From NCBI GenBank assembly GCA_965240325.2, contig OZ251222.1, positions 434,001 through 498,000 of the forward strand: a stretch of 64,000 nucleotides of DNA. The letters run 5' to 3'. Positions 30,604 to 41,686 of this stretch are shown here, one piece after another. The position numbers and the translations under genes are program-made. The DNA comes from Rebecca billardiae RCC1528 (Eukaryota > Protista > Haptophyta). Below the pieces are notes generated by a model that did no database searches, was not told the DNA's origin, and worked only from the letters and a program-made list of their open reading frames with translations. Within the stretch, counting starts at the first letter, position 1, and each line of letters begins with the position of its first letter.

Positions 30604-32649
30604 TCAGTTCTTGTTTGCCACGTTCACGAGGCGCCCATCCACCCTAGCGGCAATCGCGTGCTTCTTCAGCACGCCCTCCCGCACCGCCCCCGGCTGCGCA
30701 AGCGCTGCCTCCAGCTGCTCGTGGTGCTTCGCCAGCGCCTCGCGCATGAGCACGGGCAGCAGCGGCACCGCGTCCGAGTCTTTGAGAAGCCTCACCTCTT
30801 TCAAGACGTCATAGCCGTCCTTGCCGCCTGCAAGCCAGAAGGCGCGCGCCGGGCGTGGTGAGTGAGAGGGCAGGCGGGCGGGCGGGCGCGCGACCGCGCG
30901 GCGAGGCCGCGCGAGCGCAGGGCGCGCGCACTTCGCAGGTAGTTCTTTGTGAAGACGGAATACTCGCGGCCGGTGAGCTGCAGCGGCTCCCCTTTGATGC
31001 GCACACTATCCACGAGCACGCGCGAGCCCATGGGCTTCGAGCCGTCGAACTCGAGCGTCACGCCCGCCACGCACGGGAACCTGCCCTCCAGCTTGGGCCA
31101 CTGCGACACGCTGTTCTCGAGCGCCTGAAGCAGCTGCTCGCCCGACAGCGCGAGCACGCACATCTCATCAAGCATGGGCAGCAGCTGGTTGATGTCGCGC
31201 ATCTTGAGCGGGCCCACGGGGAAGACGTCGTCCTGAACGCGCACAGGGAACGGCGCGCGGTGCAGCGGGCGGTCGGGTGAGCGGGGAGCGACTGTGCCAC
31301 ACCTGCGTCTTGCCAGCAGGCCCTGTGCGCGCGCTGGCCGTGCGCGCGTGCGCGTACCGCTCGCAGCGTGCCGCTGTTCATGAAGGCGAGGTCGACGCCC
31401 GGCACGGCAGCGAGCATCGCGTCGGCGACGAAGTTGCTCCCGCTCGTCTCCTGCGTGCGGATATGCGCGAACTTGAAGTCTAGCTCCGTGCCCAGCTCGC
31501 CAATCACCATGTCCATCGTCTTGGCCAGCTCCTTGCTCAGCTCGGCGACGAGCTGCGCGGCGTGCGCGTCCTCGGGGAAGTCGGCGGTGATCTGGACGAC
31601 GTTCCACTCGGCGTCGCAGCGCGGCCCGGGCGTGCCCGGCACGTCGAGCACCACGCGCGTCAGCTCTCGGAAGTCCGTGCCCGACTTGATCAGCGGCACG
31701 GGCCCGACGCGCTTTCTGTACGAGTCGTGGTCGTGGCCGCCGAGGATGAGGTCGAGGGTCGGGCACTCGCGCGCGAGCCGCTCGTCGTTGGGCACGCGGC
31801 AGTGCGTGAGCGCGATGACGAGCTCGCAGCGCTCCTCGCTCCGCAGCGTCGCCTCCAGCTCGCGCGCCGCCTGCACGTAGTCCGTGTACCGCACCTCGCC
31901 CGGCTCCATGCAGTTTAGAGTCGCCAGCCACTCCTCCTCGATCAGGCCCATCAGCCCGATGCGCACGCCCGCGTGCTCGAGCACGAGCGTCTTGCGCGCG
32001 CCCGCGAGCTGCTTGCCCGTCCTCACGTCGACCACGTTGGACAGCAGGTACGGGAAGTTGCTCTCAGCCATGCGCTGCGTGCACGCGTCGAGGCCGTGGT
32101 CAAAGTCATCTGCAGCACGTGGCAGGCGAAGCGGCGGGGCGAGTGCGCGCGCGCCGCAGTCGCGTCAGGCGCGGGGAGGCAGAGGGCCGTCGGGCAAGCC
32201 CCTCGCGAGGGAGGCGGCGGGACGGTCATGCGGCGCGCACGGTTTCCTAGGCACATCGCCTTGATGTTCATCTGGTTGAAGAAGGACACCATGTGCGCGC
32301 CCTTTGTGGACGTCGAGAGCAGCGACGGCGCGAGGAAGTCGCCCGAGAAGAGCACGCACGGGTCCTCGTGCTCGAACGACTTGAGCGCGGTTGTGAAGCG
32401 TGCGACGCCGCCTACTGGCTCGCGCTCGCGCGGGTCGATCTCGTACACGTCGTTGAAGTGCAGGATCACTAGTTTGCGAGCCTCGCTCGAGGCCGCGGGC
32501 GGCGATTGCTGGGGATTGGCCGAACTGTTGGCCTGGCTGAGGCCTGGCGCTGTGTGCGCTTCCCGTGGGGGTGACCTCTCATCATCCGACTTGGCGCCGC
32601 CCTCCGGGTTCAGCCTCCGCGCCGAGGCTCTCCCCGCGCAGCAGAACAT
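30604..32649 (-). CDS. 5'-nucleotidase family metallophosphoesterase, 4 exons
   Basis: ILHFNDVY, SGDF, spliced GNHDFD, IALTH, LGGHDH, NSGTLRAD, EGRFPCVAG, GKDGY. Introns 32110-32240, 31233-31357, 30828-30931. Confidence 0.9.
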
Positions 32650-33000
32650 TGGGCTGCTGGACGCCAAGCACGCGCGCCCTGTTTGCTCCCGGGCAGCCAC
32701 GTCCAAGACCAACGCGTGCAGTTGATGCGCGGAACGACCACGTTCGTCGTTCTTCGTCGGGCGCATTCATTTTTCGTCGGCGGCGGCGGAATCTGTGAGG
32801 AACCCGAATCTTTGGCATTGTCACGCGCGCCCCGGACTCGCGACGAGAGCCAGACTTTCGACCAACCGCAAGGTTGTCCAACCGTCTACCGCAGTCTCAA
32901 GTCGCGGGTGGCGAGCTCGAGCGAGGCGAGCGAGCGACCCCGCGGCCGAGGCCGCTTGGTACCTCCTCGAGGAGGCGCACGGAGTGTCGGAGTCGGCTCG

Positions 33001-34896
33001 ATGTCCATCAGGACCGATGCGCAGCAGCTCGCCTCGGCATGCGCTGCTGCAGATCTCGCACCTGCCGAGCAGCGGCTCGGTGAGCATTCATCCGCGGCCT
33101 GCGTGCTCACTGCCGCTCTGGCAGCGGCTGACGCCATGGGCCAGACAGACGATACGCAGCGCCTGATCAAAGCGAGAGCGCAGGTGGAAGTGGCCCAGGA
33201 ACATGGGATCTCCGGTGTGACTGCGCTCCACCTCGTATGCGGCGCCGGCTACGCGACGTGTGTGGAGCTGCTGCTCTCCGCTGGTGCGGATGTCAACGCC
33301 CCGAGCTCATCTTTGGGCATGCCGCTCCACGCCGCATGCGTGCAAGGACACGAAGCTTGCGCGGAGCTGCTGCTCTCTGCTGGTGCTGATGTTGACGCCC
33401 CGAGCTCATCTTTCGGCATGCCGCTCCACGGCGCGTGCGTGCAAGGACATGCGGCGTGCGCGCAGCTGCTGCTCTCTGCTGGTGCTGGTGTCGACGCCCT
33501 CAACCCAGTTGGGAACACTGCGCTTCACCTTGCATGCGTGTCGGGACACTCGGCGTGCGCGCAGCTGCTGCTCTCTGCTGGTGCTGGTGTCGACGCCCTC
33601 AACCCAGTTGGGAACACTGCGCTTCACCTTGCATGCGTGTCGGGACACTCGGCGTGCGCGGAGCTGCTGCTCTCTGCTGCTGCTAGTATCGACGCCATCG
33701 GCGCACATGGGAACACTGCGCTTCACGCCGCATGCTGGCGCGGACAGGCGGCGTGCGCGCAGCTGCTGCTCTCTGCTGCTGCTAGTATCGACGCCATCGA
33801 CCCAGATGGGAACGCTGCCCTTCACTTTGCATGCGTGTCGGGACACGCGGCGTGCGCACAGCTGCTGCTCTCTGCTGGTGCTAGTGTCGACGCCATCGAG
33901 CCAGGCGGGCTCACGGCGCTTCGCGTCGCATGCTCGTCTGGACATGCGGCGTGTGTGGAGCTGCTGCTCGCGGCGAAGGCTGATGCCACCGCCACCGATA
34001 CCAATGGCGTGCCTTTGCTTCACAGCATGTGCCATGGGGGGCATGCTGCTTGTGCGCAGCTGCTGCTCTCTGCTGGTGCTAGTGTCGACGCCGTCGACCC
34101 AGGCGGGATCACTGCGCTTCACGCCGCATGCTGGCGCGGACAGGCGGCGTGCGCGCAGCTGCTGCTCTCTGCTGGTGCTGGCGTCGACGCCCTCAGCCCA
34201 ACTGGGGCCACTGCGCTTCGCTTCGCATGCATATTCGGACAGGCGGCGTGCGCGAGGCTGCTGCTGGACGCAGGTGCAGATATGACCGCCTTCCCTGCTC
34301 TGGCTGTCGCTGTCTGCGATAGTGGAGGAAGCGCTGAGGCCGTGCTGGGTGGTTCCGTGAGCGTGAGTGACCGGCTGCAGGTGGTACAGCTGCTGTGTGC
34401 GCGTGGTGCCTCGATGGGCTTGCCGACCGAGCACGAGGACAGCCGCGCCTCTGTTGCCGCTGCCGCCCACGAGGAACACGGAGCGAGCGTGCTCACCGAG
34501 TGGCTGGCGCGCGCGGCCGCGTGGACGACTCGGCTGCACCACGTCGAGCTGCTGAACGAGGCAGAGGCAGTGGCAGAGCTGCGCGCGGGCGCCGACGTGC
34601 ACGCCGGCAGCGGGCAGACGGGCGGGCACACGCCGCTCACGATAGCTCTGGCTGCGCTGTCGAGAGAGCCGCAGCACGGCGCCGCAGCGATGGTGGTCGC
34701 CGCGAGCCAGCTGTGGTCGCCGGCGACGCATCGGCTGTTTCCGACGGGTGCGCGTGCGCGTGCTGTGGAGCTGCTGGTGCTGGGATACAGGCTGTCGGCG
34801 GAGGCGGCGTTCGAGGGCGAGGCGATGGCGCTTCTGGATGTGTGGGTCGGGCACGTGGTGCCGCATGCCGTGCACCGTTATTATAGTCTTAGTTAG
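33001..34896 (+). CDS. Ankyrin-repeat protein A (11 repeats plus conserved C-terminal domain)
   Basis: Repeated GxTALHxACxxGHxACAxLLLSAGA units. Intronless. C-terminal WSPATHRLFPTGARARAVELL. Confidence 0.9.
   Translation: MSIRTDAQQLASACAAADLAPAEQRLGEHSSAACVLTAALAAADAMGQTDDTQRLIKARAQVEVAQEHGISGVTALHLVCGAGYATCVELLLSAGADVNAPSSSLGMPLHAACVQGHEACAELLLSAGADVDAPSSSFGMPLHGACVQGHAACAQLLLSAGAGVDALNPVGNTALHLACVSGHSACAQLLLSAGAGVDALNPVGNTALHLACVSGHSACAELLLSAAASIDAIGAHGNTALHAACWRGQAACAQLLLSAAASIDAIDPDGNAALHFACVSGHAACAQLLLSAGASVDAIEPGGLTALRVACSSGHAACVELLLAAKADATATDTNGVPLLHSMCHGGHAACAQLLLSAGASVDAVDPGGITALHAACWRGQAACAQLLLSAGAGVDALSPTGATALRFACIFGQAACARLLLDAGADMTAFPALAVAVCDSGGSAEAVLGGSVSVSDRLQVVQLLCARGASMGLPTEHEDSRASVAAAAHEEHGASVLTEWLARAAAWTTRLHHVELLNEAEAVAELRAGADVHAGSGQTGGHTPLTIALAALSREPQHGAAAMVVAASQLWSPATHRLFPTGARARAVELLVLGYRLSAEAAFEGEAMALLDVWVGHVVPHAVHRYYSLS
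33452..33660 (+). repeat. Perfect 99-bp tandem repeat within the ankyrin array
   Basis: About 2.1 identical copies, period 99. Confidence 0.9.
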
Positions 34897-34979
34897 CGGC
34901 CTTAGTAGCGGGAGCCTACTGCTTTGCACTCCCCCAGTCCGCGACGCCATCAATAATTGTCAGCTAGCTAGAATCATCA

Positions 34980-34981
<2 letters not shown>

Positions 34982-35053
<72 letters not shown>
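34982..35053. repeat. (TA)n microsatellite
   Basis: Directly visible. Confidence 0.95.
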
Positions 35054-35055
<2 letters not shown>

Positions 35056-35142
35056 TGATGAGCTAGCTAGCTGACAATGATGCTGAGCATATCATATCGT
35101 CAAGCAATCGACAATCATTATCAGCATGATTCATCATCGTCG

Positions 35143-36567
35143 TCATTCCTCAACGACAGCACGTTGTCCGTCCACGACGCCAACCTTGGGCGCGCGCGGC
35201 CTCCAGCGCCACACACCAGGCCAACGCTCGGCTCTGCGAGGCGCGCCACCCTCGTCCAGCCTGCGCGCGTTGAAGAGCATCGCGCACAGCGAGCGCCTCC
35301 CCGCGAGGCCGGGCAGGCCGTCGTGCATCACCGCAAAGTTGTCGATGAGCAGCACGTCCCCCGCGCGCCACTCGAAGAGGGACGCGGACGCGGCGAGCGC
35401 GCGGCCCAGCGCCTCGGACTCGCCCAGCCGCAGCGCGGCGCGGAGCGTGCGCGCGCTCCCGTCCCGCCGGACCCCGCCCGTGCGCGCGGCCGCTCTCTCG
35501 CGCGCACGAGCCGATCGAGCGAGCGCCCACCAGCGCGCGGGCCTGCGGAGCGCGTACGGCAGCTGCTCGGCCAGCTGCAGGGCGGCGCGCGCGCCTGGGA
35601 GGCGCCGGACGCACCACCACAGAGCCCTGTGCACGCGCCACCGCGCGGCGCCGGCGTACACGTCGCGCTCGAGCGCGCGGGCGAGCGCGTCCAGACCGTG
35701 CGCGCCGAGCTCGGCGGCGTTGATGAGCAGCGCGCGCGTGCGCCCTGCGGCAGCATCGCTCCTCGCCGGCTCGCGCGGGCCCAGGTCGACCACACTCGGC
35801 TTCGCCAGGCGCACCTCGACCAGGTCGCCGGCCGTCGAGCACGCCGCGACGCCATGCGACGCTGCCTCGGGCCACTCGGCCCGCACAACCGGCGGATGGC
35901 ACGCACGTGCATCGCTCTGCCGCGCGTCGACGAGCGTCTCGGCGCACGCGTCGCGCCGGGCGCACTCACGCGCGAGCTCGGCGCTCGTGCGGAACGTGCG
36001 CGCGTCGAAGCGCTCAGCCTCGAGCTTGAGCTGCAGCGTGCGCGGCAGGAGCGCGAAGGCGCGGCGCGAGTCGAAGAGTGCCGTCTCGCCGCCGAGCAGC
36101 GGGGGATGCGCGCAGAAGAAGGCGACGACCTCGGGCACGTCGGGCGAGTAGTAGTTCTCCGCATGCGCGCACGCCTCAGGCGGCCCAAGGTAGCCGCCCG
36201 TCGGCTTCAGAGTGCTGGTTGCCAAGCAGTACCTGGTGCCGGCGACCCTGTCGCGCCCGGCCTCCGCCAAGAAGTAGCCGTCCATCGGCTCGAGGTGGAG
36301 CGGCGACAGCCCCAGCATGGCCGCCTCGAACGCGCGCGCGTCGCCGAGCTCAAAGCTGCGGAAAAGGACCGCGCCGTGCGCTCGCACGAGGCGGACGACC
36401 TCATCGCCACGCCCACAGAGCGCGTCCTCAAGGCTGGGCGCAGGCCCAGCCCCTGCCATCTCCGATGCCTCGATCACCACGGGGAGGGACGGCACGCGCG
36501 AGCGGGCCGTCGGCCGCTCGTCCGCACGCATCGCGCGCGGCCTGAGCGCCGCCGCCAATCCCGCCAT
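35143..36567 (-). CDS. TauD/TfdA (SyrP-like) Fe(II)/2-oxoglutarate dioxygenase
   Basis: HGAVLFRSF, HAE iron ligands, FFCAHPPLLGGETALFDS, WRAGDVLLIDNFAVMH. Confidence 0.85.
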   Translation of the reverse strand: MAGLAAALRPRAMRADERPTARSRVPSLPVVIEASEMAGAGPAPSLEDALCGRGDEVVRLVRAHGAVLFRSFELGDARAFEAAMLGLSPLHLEPMDGYFLAEAGRDRVAGTRYCLATSTLKPTGGYLGPPEACAHAENYYSPDVPEVVAFFCAHPPLLGGETALFDSRRAFALLPRTLQLKLEAERFDARTFRTSAELARECARRDACAETLVDARQSDARACHPPVVRAEWPEAASHGVAACSTAGDLVEVRLAKPSVVDLGPREPARSDAAAGRTRALLINAAELGAHGLDALARALERDVYAGAARWRVHRALWWCVRRLPGARAALQLAEQLPYALRRPARWWALARSARARERAAARTGGVRRDGSARTLRAALRLGESEALGRALAASASLFEWRAGDVLLIDNFAVMHDGLPGLAGRRSLCAMLFNARRLDEGGAPRRAERWPGVWRWRPRAPKVGVVDGQRAVVEE

Positions 36568-36723
36568 CGCACAAACTGTGAGTCATCGGCAAGTCCGGCC
36601 GCTTGGCCAAGCAGCCGGACACGCGGGCGGATCACGGACGCCGCGCGCCCGACGCGACGCCTCGGTCTAAGACCGCTACCTACCCCGCGCCCGACGTGCA
36701 CGGAGGCTCACGGAGTCGGCTCG

Positions 36724-38526
36724 ATGTCGATCAGGACTAATGCGCAGCAGCTCGCCTCGGCGTGCGCTGCTGCAGAGCTCGTACCTGCCGAGCAGCGGCT
36801 CGTTGAGCATTCACCCGCGGCCTGCGTGCTCGCTGCCGCTCTGGCTGCGGCTGACGCCATGGGCCAAACAGATGATACGCAGCGCCTGATCGAAGTGCGA
36901 GAGCGGGTGGAAATGTCCGAGAAGGCTGGGAGGTCTGGTGTGACTGCGCTCCACGACGTATGCTACGACGGCTATGCGACGTGTGTGCAGCTGCTGCTCT
37001 CCGCTGGTGCTGATGTCGAAGCCCTCAGCCCAGATGGGAACACTGCGCTTCATGTCGCATGCTCAAATGGACACCCTGCGTGCGCTGAGCTGCTGCTCGC
37101 GGCGAGAGCAGATGTGAACGCCACCACAAACCTGGGCTTGACTTCGCTGCAAATTGCGGCTGGCGATGGCCATGCGGAGTGCGCACGGCTGCTGCTCTCT
37201 GCTGGTGCTGACGTCGAGGCCCTCGGCCCAATGGAGATAACTGCGCTTACCCTGGCATGCTCAAGAGGACACTCGGTGTGCGCTGAGCTGCTGCTCTCCG
37301 CGGGTGCTGATGTCGGCGCCATCGAACCAAAGGAGAGCACTGCGCTTTTCCTCGCATGCGCGGCCGGACATGTGGCGTGCACCCAGCTGCTGCTCTCTGC
37401 TGGTGCTGATGCCGGCGCCCTCGACCGAGCTGGGAACCCAGTTCTTCACGTCGCATGCCTGTCGGGACATGCGGCGTGCGCGGAGCTGCTGCTCTCTGCT
37501 GGTGCTGGCGTCGACGCCCTCAGCCCGACTGGGGCCACTGCGCTTCACGTCGCATGCACGGCGGGACACGCTGCGTGTGCGGAGCTGCTGCTCGCGGCTA
37601 ATGCAAATGTCAACGCCACCGAAGGCCAGGTGGGCATGACTGCGCTTCACGTCGTGTGCGAGCTGGGGCATGCGGCTTGTGCACAGCTGCTGATCTCTGC
37701 TGGTGCGGATCTGGACAGCAGGTGCATCCACGACGTTGGGGTGGCTGCGCTTCACATCGCATGCGGTAAGGGCCACGTGGATTGTGTGGAGCTGCTGATC
37801 ACAGCACGTGCTACTGTGGAGGACGCCTTGCAACACGACCAGGAGGGAGCCTGTACCCCGTTGCGGTGGGCGTGTGGACGCGGACAGGCGGCGTGCGCGA
37901 GGCTGCTGCTGGACGCAGGTGCAGATATGACTGCCTTCCCTGCTCTGGCTGTCGCTGTCTCCGATAGTGGAGAATTCGCTGAGGCTTTGTTGGGTGGTTC
38001 CGTGAGCGTGAGTGACCGGCTGCAGGTGGTACAGCTGCTGTGTGCGCGTGGCGCCTCGATGGGTTTGCCGACCGAGCACGAGGACAGCCGCGCCTCTGTT
38101 GCCGCTGCCGCCCACGAGGAACACGGAGCGAGCGTGCTCACCGAGTGGCTGGCGCGCGCGGCCGCGTGGACGACTCGGCTGCACCACGTCGAGCTGCTGA
38201 GCGAGGCAGAGGCAGTGGAAGAGCTGCGCGCAGGCGCCGACGTGCACGCCGGCAGCGGGCAGCCGGGCGGGCACACGCCGCTCACGATAGCTCTGGCTGC
38301 GCTGTCGAGAGAGCCGCAGCACGGCGCCGCAGCAATGGTGGTCGCCGCGAGCCAGCTGTGGTCGCCGGCGACGCATCGGCTGTTTCCGACGGGTGCGCGT
38401 GCGCGTGCTGTGGAGCTGCTGGTGCTGGGATACAGGCTGTCGGCGGAGGCGGCGTTTGAGGGCGAGGCGATGGCGCTTCGGGATGTGTGGGTCGAGCACG
38501 TGGTGCCGCATGCCGTGCACCGTTAG
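36724..38526 (+). CDS. Ankyrin-repeat protein B (10 repeats), paralogue of 33001-34896
   Basis: Same N-terminus (MSIRT.AQQLASACAAA) and near-identical C-terminal ~210 aa; different central repeats. Confidence 0.9.
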   Translation: MSIRTNAQQLASACAAAELVPAEQRLVEHSPAACVLAAALAAADAMGQTDDTQRLIEVRERVEMSEKAGRSGVTALHDVCYDGYATCVQLLLSAGADVEALSPDGNTALHVACSNGHPACAELLLAARADVNATTNLGLTSLQIAAGDGHAECARLLLSAGADVEALGPMEITALTLACSRGHSVCAELLLSAGADVGAIEPKESTALFLACAAGHVACTQLLLSAGADAGALDRAGNPVLHVACLSGHAACAELLLSAGAGVDALSPTGATALHVACTAGHAACAELLLAANANVNATEGQVGMTALHVVCELGHAACAQLLISAGADLDSRCIHDVGVAALHIACGKGHVDCVELLITARATVEDALQHDQEGACTPLRWACGRGQAACARLLLDAGADMTAFPALAVAVSDSGEFAEALLGGSVSVSDRLQVVQLLCARGASMGLPTEHEDSRASVAAAAHEEHGASVLTEWLARAAAWTTRLHHVELLSEAEAVEELRAGADVHAGSGQPGGHTPLTIALAALSREPQHGAAAMVVAASQLWSPATHRLFPTGARARAVELLVLGYRLSAEAAFEGEAMALRDVWVEHVVPHAVHR

Positions 38527-38597
38527 TAGCGTCAGTCAGCTAGTAGTACTCAGCTTATTAGCATCGATCCCCATCAGACATATAACTATATATATAA

Positions 38598-38600
<3 letters not shown>

Positions 38601-38678
<78 letters not shown>
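38601..38678. repeat. (TA)n microsatellite
   Basis: Directly visible. Confidence 0.95.
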
Positions 38679-38679
<1 letters not shown>

Positions 38680-40006
38680 GCATACTATATGTCTAGCCAC
38701 GGTCCTCGTGAACGCCGGCGCCAAACGCTGGCCGGCAGAAGGTGGGCACGCTGCCTGGCATGTTGATGCCGAGGCGGCTGCGTGTGTTCCTACTCAGTGG
38801 GATTTACGTGTCCTCATGCCTTGGCGAGCGGCAGCAGATGCGGTGGGCATGCCGCTCGCCGTCGACGAGACACGGTGCGTGAGTGATCCCGCGCCGTGAC
38901 GTCCGCTGACGGAAGGCTGAGCGCCTGCGGACTCGTCGACTGAACCTCCACCGCCGCCCGCGTGCAGCACTGCTGGGGACCTTCCCTGAAAACCCAACCG
39001 TGTTGGGACGCAGGGGGGGTCACATGAGCCCTAAGTGCAGCGCTGCAATACCGGGCGGTCGAACGGCGGGCGTTGTGGTCCCGCCGCCCAAGCACCAGAC
39101 CAACGGGCCCTGGGTGGGCGGGTTGCCTAACGATGTTGGTCGGTGCACGCGACGCGCCACCCGCGTGCGAGCCGCAGCCACCGGCGACGCGGAGCGCGTG
39201 GTCGATGGCCATCGAGCCTTCGCTCGCGCTGTGGCTGGAACAAGCCGAGATGCCGTCGCCGCCCCGAAACGAAGATCTTCTTGTCCGGGACGGAACAACC
39301 CGGACGGGCTGTTTGTCCGGCAGCAGCTCGTTGAGGCCATGGTCCGGTAGAAGGCGATGGAGCTGATGAGCAGCGCTGGCGCGCGGCGTCCTTGTCGTCC
39401 CCTTAGACAATCAGTTTTTGTACCAATAACCCCACATATATGCATCAGAATATCATCACGTACTTCACAGAAGTACGACCGCCGGGTTTAATAGTTACGA
39501 CTGTAAGTACTAAGTGTACCTATACTGCGTCATCTACTGACTCACGGAGGGATCGGCTCCAGTCGGGAGTAGTTACCAGGTTACCCCCGAGGACGGACGA
39601 TTACGATGTCGACGCGCGATATATATCTGATGACGAACGCGACGCCGACTGCAGGCTGGCAGGCGGCAGCAGACTGGCTGCTGGCGGCGTCGTCCTGATA
39701 TGCGCGCAATCTGCTGACATCAAGCTGTAGGCCTAGACGGTAGTCACAGAGAGAGACTCCCAGACAGAGAGACGTGTAATGGGACTACTGGCAGCATCAC
39801 TCGTCCGCGCGGTCACACCTGATGATGATGATACGCCAGTTCATTAAAATGTAGTATTATATAATACGCTATAGCGACCTGCATTCTCAGAGTACTACGT
39901 ATATATATACTAGTTATAGCTTATTTACGTCAATACTACTAGTTACTTACTAGTAAGTCCAGTCTGACTAGTCTCTGCTGCTGATACTGCTACTGCGAAG
40001 TGTGAT

Positions 40007-41323
40007 TCACAATGCCCAAACGGCTTGCGGCGGCTCGCGCCAATCGTTCTGCCGCTCGCGACGTTGGCGGAACGTGCGCGCGATCGGCGGCCGCCGCGCG
40101 ACGGCGACGTCGCCGAGGCTGCCGTTACGCCCATCGCCGGCGGCCCCGACCGGCGCCCACTCAACACCGCTCGGAGACTCGGCCTCGTACTCGGCGGCGG
40201 TGTACCCGAGCTCGAGCGCGAGCCGCCGCACGCGCGCACCGAGCTCGGTGCTCACGCCGTCGAGCACGCGCGCGCTCACACGCAGCGTCCCGCGGTTGCG
40301 CTGGTTGACGCGCGGCACGGCGCGCGCGCGAGCGCCGCCGCGCTGGGCGCACGTTCGCGACACCGCCGCTGCCGACGGCGGGTGCAGCGCGGGTGTGCCG
40401 GGGCTTGCGCCGAAGCCGCCGAGGCGCGCGACGGCGCACGCGTCCACCGTCTCCACGCGGTACGCCCCGTGCAGAGCGCCCGCACGCATCGCCTCGAGCA
40501 TGTCCGCCGTGTGCGCCGCCCAGTACGCCGCGAGCGCGCCGAGGCACGTGTGGCTGAACTCGCCGCGCGCGGCGCGCGCCGGCCAGAGCGCCGCGCACAC
40601 GCCGTGGAGGTCGGCGCCGAGAGGCGCGTCGGGGCCCGCACAAAACTTGACGGCGAGTGACTCGATGACGCGCAGCGGATGGCGCACCTGCAGCAGCGAG
40701 CGCGCGAACGGCGTCTCGCACGAGCCGCCTGCCGCGTGCGCGCGCGCGCAGCCCCACTCAGCCGCCAGCAGCGCCTCGCAGTCCGCGCGCTCGCACGCGC
40801 CGCCGTCGGCCGCGCGGGCGGGGCACGCGGCGCGCGGCTCGCGCCACATGCGCGGGTTGAAGCCCGAGCGCGGCCGCGGCTCGGCGCACAGCCAGCGCGC
40901 CGACGACGCGTTGAACGAGTCCGGGCGCAGGAAGCGCACCGAGTGGAACCAGGACACGGTGCCGTCGCGGCACAGCTTGTGCGCCGTGTTCGACGTCTCG
41001 TGCCCCACCTCGAGGCCGAGGGCGCAGAGCGCGCGCGAGATGGCGGAGGTGGCGGAGGACTGCGTGCCTACGACCAGCAGCTGCCGCGCGTCCGCGTCGC
41101 CCACCACCGGGCGCAAAATTCCCGAGCGCAGCAGCGTGTACTCGCGCACCCCGCCGCGCCAGCACGCCAGCGTGCCCAGCGCGAGCGCAAGGCCGCCGAG
41201 CAGCGCGAGCGTGCGCCGCTGGCGACGGGCGAGGCCGTCGCCGCCCCGCGCGAGCCCCGCGCGCCCAGCGCCGGGCGTGGCCGCCCGCTCCTCCGCGCCG
41301 GGCCGCCGGCGCTCAGCCAGCAT
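40007..41323 (-). CDS. Type II membrane sulfotransferase-like (P-loop fold) protein
   Basis: N-terminal TM; LLVVGTQSSAT (5'-PSB-like), GLEVGHE..DGTVSW, LQVRHPLRVIESL (3'-PB-like). Confidence 0.6.
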   Translation of the reverse strand: MLAERRRPGAEERAATPGAGRAGLARGGDGLARRQRRTLALLGGLALALGTLACWRGGVREYTLLRSGILRPVVGDADARQLLVVGTQSSATSAISRALCALGLEVGHETSNTAHKLCRDGTVSWFHSVRFLRPDSFNASSARWLCAEPRPRSGFNPRMWREPRAACPARAADGGACERADCEALLAAEWGCARAHAAGGSCETPFARSLLQVRHPLRVIESLAVKFCAGPDAPLGADLHGVCAALWPARAARGEFSHTCLGALAAYWAAHTADMLEAMRAGALHGAYRVETVDACAVARLGGFGASPGTPALHPPSAAAVSRTCAQRGGARARAVPRVNQRNRGTLRVSARVLDGVSTELGARVRRLALELGYTAAEYEAESPSGVEWAPVGAAGDGRNGSLGDVAVARRPPIARTFRQRRERQNDWREPPQAVWAL

Positions 41324-41686
41324 GGCGCTACTTGCGCGATCGCGCCGCCGCCATCCCTCCTGAGTTAGAAATTAGAAAATCGATCGATCGACTTTCGACT
41401 ACGATTTCGCGACGAGTGCTATCGAAACGAAACTGGTTTCAGGCTGACAGCCTGATCAATATCATGCGCATGACTTCATGACATACTACTAATGATGTCG
41501 TCAGCTGCGGCGATCCGTATCATCACGTCCGGGGCGCCGCACACCACTCATGAACACCATGCGTGACAATAGCCGTGTAGCAGCTGCATATAGTCTAGCT
41601 CGCTCGTCGATGTCTGAATCAAGTCATTCAATAGCTAGCAGCTATGTCATGAGTCATGACGACGACGACGACGACGACGAGCTACG

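Noticed and set aside
35077-36723. 5' extension making ankyrin B a 1149-aa protein
   Set aside because: It is the antisense of the TauD gene; the paralogue places the start at 36724.
38690-39410. Lower-GC degenerate region with CLGGGTT..AALHLG resembling a DNA methyltransferase motif
   Set aside because: The match is short, lacks the DPF residues and sits among broken frames; possibly element debris, but no call can be supported.
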